Below, piece after piece: positions 54,147-64,000 of a stretch of 64,000 bases of DNA. Under the pieces are notes generated by a model. That model did not search any database and was not told the origin of the DNA. It saw nothing but the letters and a program-made list of their open reading frames with translations. The stretch lies in assembly GCF_001194135.2 (NCBI RefSeq), contig NC_068981.1, positions 177,321,763 through 177,385,762 of the forward strand, in the 5' to 3' direction. Position 1 is the first letter of the stretch. The number at the start of each line of letters is the position of its first letter. A program made the translations under genes and the position numbers. The DNA is from Octopus bimaculoides (Eukaryota).

Positions 54147-54814
54147 CGCTTGCACGCGCGGTTTGTATAATAGTTAAAGGAAATAAATCACTTTTGTACT
54201 AATACGTCCTTAATCTTAAAGTAATATAAACTATGCAGCATCTTACCCTGTCATTTAGTGCTTAATTAGATAACACAATTTAAAATGCTTGTGACAATCA
54301 GGTTTTGTTTAGTGAATTTAATCACTTCACAATATGCGCGCGTGCGTTAATAATTATTCATTAGTTGAATGGAAACTTTATGAAACAGTGCGTGTATGTG
54401 TGTGCGTGTATGCGTGCGCGAGCGCGGCATTGTTAACCCAAGCTATATCTTACTAGATACATTATCCGCATAATTCCATGAATATGTGTTGTGTTGTGTG
54501 TTTCTAAATTAGCATGACTTGATACCACGTTTGATGTGGAGGATATACAGCAAGTAAGGGTCAATAACAGGTTAGAGAAGAAAACTTAAACTTCATTGAC
54601 CTGTGGTGGTGTTAACCAAAGAGAAGATATTGGAGTGACCGGAGGTGAATGACAACCTTAAGGTCAGTGCAAAGGTAATAAATAGGCTCAGCTTTTCTCA
54701 CCAGCTTTTTGACAAATTTGAACACGCAAACTGTCTATTTCTACCAATGTTCCACGAGCACGACAGTTTATGTATAAAATGAACAGGCTGCTGTCTAGAA
54801 AATTTCTGCTCCCT

Positions 54815-54980
54815 TTTTTTAGGCCGCAAACGTTTCATTTATCTTTATTGCAAATAAAACACAGTATTTTCCACATCATTTTTTTTTTCTTTTCTTTCCA
54901 TTCTTCTTATATATATACGAAATTTGAAAGTGTTTCGGTACCAAAAACACTACATAAAACATAAATGAAAAGTGGTTCCG
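54815..54980. mobile_element. Fragment related to the MITE at 59290-59879
   Basis: ATACGAAATTTGAAAGTGTTTCGGTACCAAAAACACTACATAAAACAT nearly matches 59785-59832. Confidence 0.6.
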
Positions 54981-55677
54981 TCAGATCCTGGTTGCATTCG
55001 CAAATTTAGAGTGATTGACTGGTTCTTGATTTTTATCTACTCCACAACAACCCTGGTGGGATTTGAACTCAGAATGCAAAGGTCATAACTAAGCACTGCA
55101 AGGGATTTTGTCCAGCGCTCTAACGAGTGTGCCAATCCTACTCTTTTAAGATTTCACACCCGTCGAAAGGTGGTAAAAAAAAGTTACAAAATGACGAGAT
55201 TCCATTGGAACAAAAATTCATATCAAGCGATAAAACAAATAATTCGAAAACGTTTACGACATAGGACGCTAGTGACTTTTAATTTACTGCTTGTTGGACT
55301 CATCACTGAGATGATGTATTACAACACGACAATAAAACCAAGTGAAGAAAAGAACATTTACGAAGCCGCCCTGACGAAGAAGTCATTAGCTAATGAACTC
55401 CTAGATACATTGTACGTGAAAACAATCAGACGAGATAGTCACGGCTGGAATGCTTTTAATTCCATCTTTCTCCAGTCAAGACCTTTCAAGACAGGTTACA
55501 GAAATAATGCAGCCATCTAATCTTGTGGCTCTTTTGCCGAGTACATTTTCATCTTATGTGATGTTGAACCGAATAAGGATAATTTTTTTATAATCTTTTA
55601 ATTGTGTTTGTGTGTAACAAATTCTGCTACAAGTTTGTCGAAAAATAGTGAAATAAACTATAATAATTATATATCAT

Positions 55678-55678
<1 letters not shown>

Positions 55679-55750
<72 letters not shown>
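55679..55750. repeat. (CT)n microsatellite
   Basis: Direct observation. Confidence 0.95.
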
Positions 55751-55753
<3 letters not shown>

Positions 55754-58329
55754 CACGCACAATATTCATATTTTCTTTTTTGTCACAGTGTACACGCAAT
55801 TTATGGAATATTTTCATATTGCTCTGTAGAAATGTCTCATCTTTGGTGTGTATCAGCTAGCAAGATAATCACCACCACTCCTCTCAACATCTATGGGGGT
55901 GGGGTGTAACAACAGATTGTCCACTAGGTAGGTATGGCTTTATACTCGTCTGGAGAAGGAAATAAAACTGCATCAAACAACACATGTCTAATGTGGGAGT
56001 AGGAAACTAAACGAAGTCATTTTCATAATTTAGGTTAACTTATATATAGCAGTACACTCATAACAACGTGGTCACTTCAAACATCGTAACATTGAGTAAC
56101 TGTTTGTTCTATGAACTTGATGCAACTCCTTCAGCCCATCTGATTAGTAATCCCTAAAGAATCTAAAACAAAGACAAAATTATACTTCATAACTTAAGAA
56201 ACAAGCACGTATTAAGCCTCTGATAGGAATTCTATTAGGACCTCACTTCAAATGCTAGTCTTCAATATAAACATTTTCTGAGATCCTACAAAATTCTTGT
56301 GCTCGGGTACTTGTTGGTACAGTCCGTCACTCCCATAAGCAAATATATTTTTTGCTTGTGACCGAGGAAAAAAATAATGAAGCGTAGTATCGAAATATTT
56401 AAGCACACGAAATAAAGGTTCACTAGATTTTACATCGAAGGATTATTCAGTTAAGCGTTTAGTAGAAATTATGTCGATACGATCGCCAAACTTGCCAACG
56501 ATTAAAATGTTTCAGTTTCACAAAAGCAGCCCTTAATTTTTTTTATCTATGTTTTCATTTGATTATTTATTTATTGCTTTTTCAGAAGGCAAACACGCAG
56601 CTCTCTACGTACCAGTCGATATCTGCAAAACTGAATGTTCTATAATGTCTAGATATGTCAATTCAAACAATTTTTTTATTTTAATTGTTTTTTTTTTTTA
56701 TCAATCCAAGTTTCCAAAATTAACTTACAGAAAAACAACTTAACACTTTGGATAATATTAAAAGAAGTCGACTAAAAAACTAAAATAAAATATTTTACTT
56801 CAAAGAATCATGACGTTTGTAAAACAACTTTGAATAGATTATAAACATGTGTTGGGGAAGAATTTACAGCGTATTAGAATAGATTTTCGTCAAACGGATA
56901 GACTGCTTATTCACTTTCCTGACATAAGGCAAGTCGTTAACTCTACTAGTCTTTTCTCAGAGGATCGTTTTAAGAGCTTTACCTAAAGAAACAATGTTCA
57001 CACAAGCATGTACATATACTCAGATGGGATCAATCATCAGCAGAAAGACGAGTAAACAATGTAAAAGCACAATGACTGTTCATCTTTTTGCACTTGTGTA
57101 TAGTTACATAGGCAAACATACATACACTCAAACACAGAAATATATTTACAAGCCCAAGGGTATTAACGATGTAATAAAAAAATCCTTATCTTCTGAAAAA
57201 GGTGCTAGTGTAGTGCAAATAACTCTTCCATGGGCAACATAATTAATGTCCAGCAACAAGACGAAGCCTAGCCCTTGACAACATATGTATGTATGTATGT
57301 GTAAATACACGCTTACCACAAAAGACAGGCTGTGAGATCTAGCATTTTGTAGATTACTATAGAAGGAGGGGAGACTTTAATTGCGTGTTCATATGTAAGG
57401 AATTTATAGGACAAATTTTTTTTTTGATTATTGTAACTATTCTGGTTCAGCGCTCACGAAAGGAACTAGGTTTTGTCGCCATAGGAAGATGTTTTCGTGG
57501 TCACCCTTCTAAGTAACAAGCATGATGCGAATTGCATGTGGATGACAACTATCTCCAGAGAATTTACGAGGGGGGAAAGGTAATAACATCTGTATGCCGT
57601 AATTTTGAAAAGACAACTTTACAACTAATTATCGAATTTTTCTAAAACTGGTATTTTACTTTATAATTCACGGTAGAACAGATAAAGCGTCTATTGACAA
57701 TTTGTAAACAAAACTGTAAGAAACTTTTTAAAGAATTTAAATGGAAGATAATTTAGGTGTAAGAGAAAGTATTTTTGATACTGATTTAAAGAGTGTTCGG
57801 TGTTTCAGTACTATGTACAAGTTTGGGAGGTGATGCAACATAGAATCTGCTTTGCATGTTCAAGTAGACTACATGATTAATTGAATGAAGAGATCAATGC
57901 CTCCGTTTCATGGGTATGATTAAACAACACCCTTGATACGGAAAGAACAAAGTGGTCATCATAGCGGCTACTATGTTTGTCGTGTTAACATATTTGGGCT
58001 TTTCGCAAAGAAAAACCCAAAAGGACAATATTTGTTTATCCAAACTCATATGTAGACCATACCAAATCTGTCCAACAGATGAAACAATACCCTTTCACTC
58101 CAAATGGCGGACTGGCTTCCATAAATAATGAAATAGCTATGTAGGTGTGCAGTTGGTCTACCAACTGAATACATTACTGAAGAAAAATTTGTTACATAAT
58201 TTTTGTAGTATAAATTTCCGGTAGAACTTCTTTGATGGGTTCCCAAAGTTATCGCTATAAAGTGGGTATAAAAAATGGGTTGTTAAATGTCTAAAAATAC
58301 ACTTGCTACTCTAGCCAACACTGTTCTGG

Positions 58330-58910
58330 AATGAGGAGACGAAACTCCTCGACTTTTTAGTGCTCTGCCTTTTTGTCAGCCCCTGTTGCCCCTGGAACAA
58401 GCAAACGAGATGATTTCTTTCGCTCTTGCAGCCGATGGTGAAGCGGCAACTAGGATTATCATCTCACGTCTTTTTGTTTCTATAACTGCCTATTTGTCCG
58501 CTTCCCTCTTTTCTCTTCTGTTTCTGTTCCTCTTCTGAGTGGAAGATCTCAAATGGCATTTTAACACGTATAAGATCTAGGCACCACCAATCTATGCAAT
58601 ACAACTCCAGAATAGCCTTCTGATATTCGGAGGTTATCAGGATTTCCATGGTTATGCAAATCCTACGCGGCCATAAGTTGTTGCAAGTAATTACCGCGAT
58701 CATCATTTGTCCGTGCTGCGCCATAAACGTGATGACGTGCCAAGGGTTAACATCCATACCAATATATCAGGCTGTAGCCTTGAGTTTTGTCTCCCCGTGG
58801 ATTGTATCACCAGCTTGTAGTCAGGTAGGTGATCGGCGTACCCATTTCGCCTGTTTTCTCGCCTCATCGTCAGTCTTCAAGACCAAACAAATACTTCCAT
58901 AACACCCTAT
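58330..58910 (-). mobile_element. Possible decayed ORF1 (gag-like) of an L1/Tx1-type LINE
   Basis: GC-richer block. Minus strand LVLKTDDEARK, DVNPWHVITFMAQHGQM and a degenerate Cys/His cluster. Weak. Confidence 0.35.
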
Positions 58911-59289
58911 TTAGATTGATAGAAACAAGCATCGTATCATATATAGGCCAGAATTTCTTTTAACTGTACACGTGAGAGCATATGGAAGCTCCTTCCAATT
59001 GTCTTCTTTTTTTTTAGTCATAGATGTCACTTTCCTTTTGTTCTTTCCGCGAGGAATTCCTCGAGAAATGAGGTACTGGCATTTGTAACATACCTCCCGC
59101 GCTATTCCCCTTCCCCCGAGAACTGAGCCACGCCTCCATCTAGTTTACAACGCTTTAAAACGTTGTGTTGCTTAGGCTTTCCAAGTTTACGCTTCGCTAC
59201 TTACGTTTGTTAAAACGTGAGTATCTGCGTTTACAAGCATGCCTGTCAATTTTCAATTTATCCCTATTTTTGAATTGACGTTTCAGTTT

Positions 59290-59879
59290 TAAAAAAATTT
59301 GGGGGGATCTTTTTTAAAACGGGGGCCACATTTTTCATTAACGAAACACTTTGAAACTTGGAACACTGGTAGAATGTGTCATATAAAACATCTTTTTCTC
59401 TTAGTCTTCTTTAAAAAAAAAAGAAATCCATAAGTTATTCCATGTTAAAGTTGTCGTATTTCTGTAATTTCAACCAATCACTGACGTCCATTCAGCCGAT
59501 ATACATTAAGTGCCGACTACATAAACAAACGATTCTGAAACAATTAACCCTAACCCTAGGGTTAGGGTTAGGGTTAAAGCAAATTTAAAATGAAAAAAGC
59601 AAATAAAACGAAGGTATGGAGATTAAATACGCTTTACATCGCTTAATCAGCCAAAGGAGTAAATGTAAACAACTGAATACCTGTCAGTGATTGGTTGAAA
59701 TTATCGAAATAAGACAATTTTTTTACATGAAATAAATTCGAATACAAAAATATTTTTCTGTTCTATAACACAAAATAGATAAGTATACGAAGTTTGAAAG
59801 TCTTTCGGTACCAAAAACACTACGTAAAACATTAATGATAAATGTGGCCCCCGTTTTAAAATAGATCCAAATTTTTTTA
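59290..59879. mobile_element. MITE-like non-autonomous element with nested inverted repeats
   Basis: About 50-bp terminal IRs (59290-59342 and 59831-59879), 21-bp inner IR (59465-59485 and 59683-59703), central AACCCT/AGGGTT palindrome. Confidence 0.85.
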
Positions 59880-60386
59880 GAGTATATTCACTGCTACCAT
59901 ATTTATGGCTAACGCCTATTCTCGATCCTCTTGAGGAAACCATATTAAATCACGAGTAAACAGTGTTTACAAATATGAAATATAAAAAATATCCAAGGAA
60001 AAACCGTATTTTCCACCCCAAGATAATGGGGCGGGTGCTCAAATTTCATACATCCTTTGTTAGCAGAATAAAACAAACTTCTTTTCCATTTAATTAAACG
60101 TGCTAAAGTGAAATCTTCCCCTAAGCCCGCACACCGCAAAGAACAGCAATAACAAAAATTATAATAATTCAGTTCAGGATAAAATTTCCAAAATGATATA
60201 TGTAAATCTGTCAAATAATGTTCTTGGGATAAGTTAACGACTGGTTTCGGGTTGGTAGAACAGATAAGAAATAACAAGCTAACCATATTGGCAAGCATAT
60301 GCTGCAAAAGGGGAATTTTATCCGCCATGTTATGAGAACATAACTATATGCATATTTTATTCCAGCACTTTCTTGACTATGTTGAT

Positions 60387-60434
<48 letters not shown>

Positions 60435-60709
60435 CATATATATAATCCAAATAAGACAACAAAAAAAGATTTTAACACATCCTTAATGATCAGTTACAAT
60501 TGTTTACATACCAACTTTGTTTTCAACGTTAATTCCTAGTGAAAATTTACGTAATATTTGCAGTTTTAAACATTAGAGAGGCACTTTCTCAGACCTGCAT
60601 CAAAGGTGTGCTCTTACATTATGCGTCTGCCAGACTTAGTGTTTTGCTGATATCAGGTGGAAGCAAAAAGTAAATAAAGATGAAAATGTAAATAGGCTAT
60701 GAAAAATAT

Positions 60710-61085
60710 GGAGAGGGCAAGTAAAGTATCCCTAGCTGTGGAAAATCGTGTCCGACAAACGTCGACCACACCTGCTCACAGTCTAGGAAGCACTGTAGAT
60801 GTCGGAGCATTAGCAGCCACGGCATGCCTAGCCCTCCATTCAGCCGGTGTTGTCGACAGCAAATAGAGCACCTGACCAGTGGAACGCGTCCCTCCCACAG
60901 AAAGCGGAAGAGTACGTGTTTCAGTTTGGTCAGACGTAAATTGAGACAAGGCACGACGGTCAGTGGAATTCGAACAACGTTAATGATGATGGTGACTAAA
61001 GGAAAGTAGCGCTGTGAGTGGTAGAGGAAGAGTGATGAACATAGGCAATAAACCACTTGGGTAAAGTGGAAGGGATGATGACGAA
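60710..61085 (-). mobile_element. L1/Tx1-like LINE fragment, region C-terminal to RT
   Basis: LFRFLWEGRVPLVRCSICC...NGGLGMPWL matches the FLW.G...V.......GGLG.P motif. Confidence 0.8.
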
Positions 61086-62779
61086 GCTAACCAGAACTAT
61101 TACTGGTGACCCTAGAATCTGATATGTCAACGCTTAAAGGGAAAATAGTTAATAGGCACGGTGTGGACCTAATGAGTTAAAGCAAAAACCTAAAATAATG
61201 GAAGAAACTAAAGTGTGGTATAAACTATTTAATATGTTAGTGTTGAGCGAACACAGAGCTGATAATGACATAGAGTAAATTAAAATAACCCTAGGAACAC
61301 TAATATAGAGCTAAGGGAGAACAGTAGAAATTAGGAGTAAAGTATTAAAAGTAAAGAGTAATTACTTAATACTTGGCTAGTTATAAAGATATTAAAAATC
61401 ACTGTAAAGAGAACGGTAGGAATAAGGAATGGTAAGTAGAGAGTCAACTTTTAATACGTAGCTATATATAGGAATAGATGCTAGAAATTCCTGAATTGGA
61501 GAAGTACAGATACGGTAGGATATGGCGAAAGGAGTGAAACTGTTGGATCTAGTCAAATTGATTCGCAAAATATGCATTTTATAAAAGGAAGTAAAAGATC
61601 TGAAAATCGGCTACAATAATGTAGTTTTCCAGTCTTATAGCTATGAAGGTATGATGTTGTGGAGAGAAAAAAATTGAAGGAAAAAGTTACAGAGGTTTAA
61701 AAATCGAAAAAAAATTGTATTTTTAGCCAATAGCGAGACAGAAATTTTCTGCGTCTAGCGGAGCGGTATCAAGTTTAAGGTTGTACCCTGTGAATGTGAA
61801 ATTTATAGTTTAGCGTCTGTGAAATGACCTGTTCATTGTAGGTTTCTAAATAAACAAATACCTAACAAAATCAACATGTATCATCTTACTGTTTCTTTTG
61901 TCTCTTCATTGATAGTATGGCTTTTCTTTTAAATTTGTTATATTAATATATTTGTCTGCATGTGTTTACTTTATTCGTATTTCAGTATTATGTATACCTG
62001 TCATGTACTTGTGTAATCATTAATATATAAGTGCGCACGTGCGTATGTGTGAAGGGGGCGTCTGTCTCCAAAACTTCAAAGTTGAGTAACGTTTCCATGC
62101 TTGGATTTGTAAACTACGATAAGAATAACACTGGTCAACAAAGAATTTGTCCCAAGAAAAAGAATACCTGTACCTCATATGTTTTTTGTACGCAGAATTC
62201 AAAAATAGTGCCAAATTATCTGTATCACCCACAGTTTTTCTGTTCCGCAATATCCCTCTAAGTTCCTGTTACGTGGACTAAATTTCAGTTAAGCTGTTGA
62301 AATGTGAAGCTAACAGTTTAAGGAATACTCCTAATTTAAATGTTTATGAATAGAACTAACCTAATAAAATCCAGCTATCTGAGTCAATGAGTCCCTGAAG
62401 CTTGGCAATACTGAGTCGATAAGTTACTGATGCTTTGTCAGTATTGTGTTAAGTTCACATATTCCATTCACTTTCATAATGCCAAGAAACTGTATAAACA
62501 TCGCAAACAACTTTTGCTATAGATGAAAAATATGTAAAATATTAAGACAATTGACGAAAAATATCTATAATAAAATTCTAATTGATAAGTATAATTTTTT
62601 ATTAAAACAAAATACGCAGGTGAAGTAAATGTACAGTAAGTATTAATATTTTAGATTTCTTTAAAGAGGCAATATTTTAATTTTTTTTAAATTATTTTCA
62701 AGTGAATACCAGTATAAAATTTGGGGGGGAGCATATTTAAAAAATATTATTTTAAGTGAAAATGACTTTAAAAATGCGG

Positions 62780-63100
62780 TTAATGTTTCGTAAAAAACCC
62801 GTTCGTAACCTCCGACCATGGGTTACCGAGATACGCGGTTTTTCGGGTACCTTTATAAATAACCAAATCGGCGTATAATGAGGAAAATGCTTAGAAAGTA
62901 AGGTACTATTGAAATGTGAATACAGACGGAATAACAGAAGTTTCGCGTAAATCGGACCACGGATTTCCGAGATACGCGGTTTTTTTCGGATCACCAATAG
63001 TTCACTATTGGTGATCCTGCCTAGCCTTAATGTTTGTTGTCCCCTTTACCAATTATAGACAGACAGACAGACAGATTTTAAACACATCTTTTTTATAGAT
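62780..63100 (+). mobile_element. Helentron/HINE (DINE-1)-like non-autonomous element
   Basis: Twice CCGAGATACGCGGTTTTT (62826 and 62967), AAATCGGACCACGGATTTCCGAG, a perfect 13-bp hairpin (62988-63017), an (ACAG)n tract and a TTTTATAGATT end. Confidence 0.45.
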
Positions 63101-63267
63101 TTATAAAAATTAAAGTTTCGCTGGTGATTGGCTTCGTCAGACGAAACCAACCAATTTCTTCCTAGTAAAAGTAAATTTAATGCTCTACTTAAGAATACCG
63201 TACAATGTTTCTTTTAGCTGATGTTTGTTTTATGATTTTACATAAAACACAAACACCTATACATACA

Positions 63268-63298
<31 letters not shown>

Positions 63299-64000
63299 TT
63301 TCATGTATACATTAATTGGTTGTACAGCTGTATGGCAAAGGAGAAACTCGTCTCACTACGAATCACCATTTTGTTTCATTAATGAAATGAAAGGAATAAA
63401 ATATATTCTCTTCGTATATTTATTAATAGAACTTTCTTTTAATTTTACTTTTATTCGCGCGCGCGCGTGAGTGCGCGCGCTCTTGTAGAATAATCCAGAT
63501 TTCAGTAAACTTGATGTTGCTTTTGAAAAAAGTACAAACATTATACAGTATAAACATAAATTAACCCCCTTTTTTTGCCAAAGTAGTGTTATATAATATA
63601 TTTTCTTGTTACCATAAAGCTGAAACGCTTCGATTACATTTCGCAAAGTGGTCCCTACTTTGGAATCAAGGGAATTCAACGAGAGTGAGAATCAGCTCAT
63701 TTATATAAATGCGTATTGATGAAGCGTCGTATTTGATGGACTACATTTTTATGCGTATTTGATGGACTACATTTTTATCAACATATACTACATATGCGTA
63801 ATTGATAGACTGCATCTATCTCCTCAGAATGATTTCTTTTCACTAGAATTGTAAACGTCACAGAAAATAATTTTTATCAAAGATCAGTATATTCTCGCTC
63901 GCACTTGGCATGGCAATGGGTGTAATAAGGAAGTTCCAGGGAAACTTATTTGCTTTCATCTCATGTTAGAATCAAAATAGATTGCACCCATATTATTTCG

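Noticed and set aside
55170-55520. 116-aa ORF as a novel gene
   Set aside because: Its 3' part (CTCCTAGATACA...GTCACGGCTGGAATGC) matches repeat family C, the upstream open frame runs into a SINE head, and the length is within chance expectation.
57740-58300. Coding-looking block that might be a decayed TE or viral insert
   Set aside because: Stops in all frames I examined and no recognisable motif; a tblastx search would be needed.
59544-59577. Telomere-fusion scar
   Set aside because: The orientation is CCCTAA then TTAGGG, opposite to an end-to-end fusion. It has only about five units and sits at the symmetry centre of a MITE.
63110-63150. Third hammerhead-like motif (minus strand CTGACGAAGCC...AGCGAAAC)
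   Set aside because: Stem II is only 2 bp with a mismatch, stems I and III are not evident, and there is no adjacent PLE coding sequence.
63709-63812. 26-bp tandem duplication (CGTATTTGATGGACTACATTTTTAT twice) with degenerate neighbours
   Set aside because: An ordinary short local duplication with no structural or coding signal.

Overview
This is eukaryotic, AT-rich, repeat-dense scaffold sequence with five N gaps and no long intact ORF. The two dominant tRNA-derived SINE families and the microsatellite load look like an octopus (cephalopod) genome; this comes from recall, not a database match. Nothing here supports a prokaryotic operon, CRISPR array, rRNA or true tRNA gene. Most recognisable sequence is decayed transposable elements: two mariners, a Tc1/maT-like fragment, a Penelope-like GIY-YIG end with a hammerhead-like motif, LINE relics of several clades (R4/Dong, L1/Tx1, CR1/jockey-like, RTE, CRE, possibly HERO/NeSL), a nested-palindrome MITE with a telomere-motif core and a Helentron/HINE-like element. 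The clearest unexplained structure is a CpG-depleted domain from about 30.8 to 52.7 kb, probably a methylated gene body. It holds a few minus-strand exon candidates and ends at a CpG-rich, promoter-like region near 53-54 kb. I could not identify the host gene. All translations and counts were done by hand and TE boundaries are approximate.
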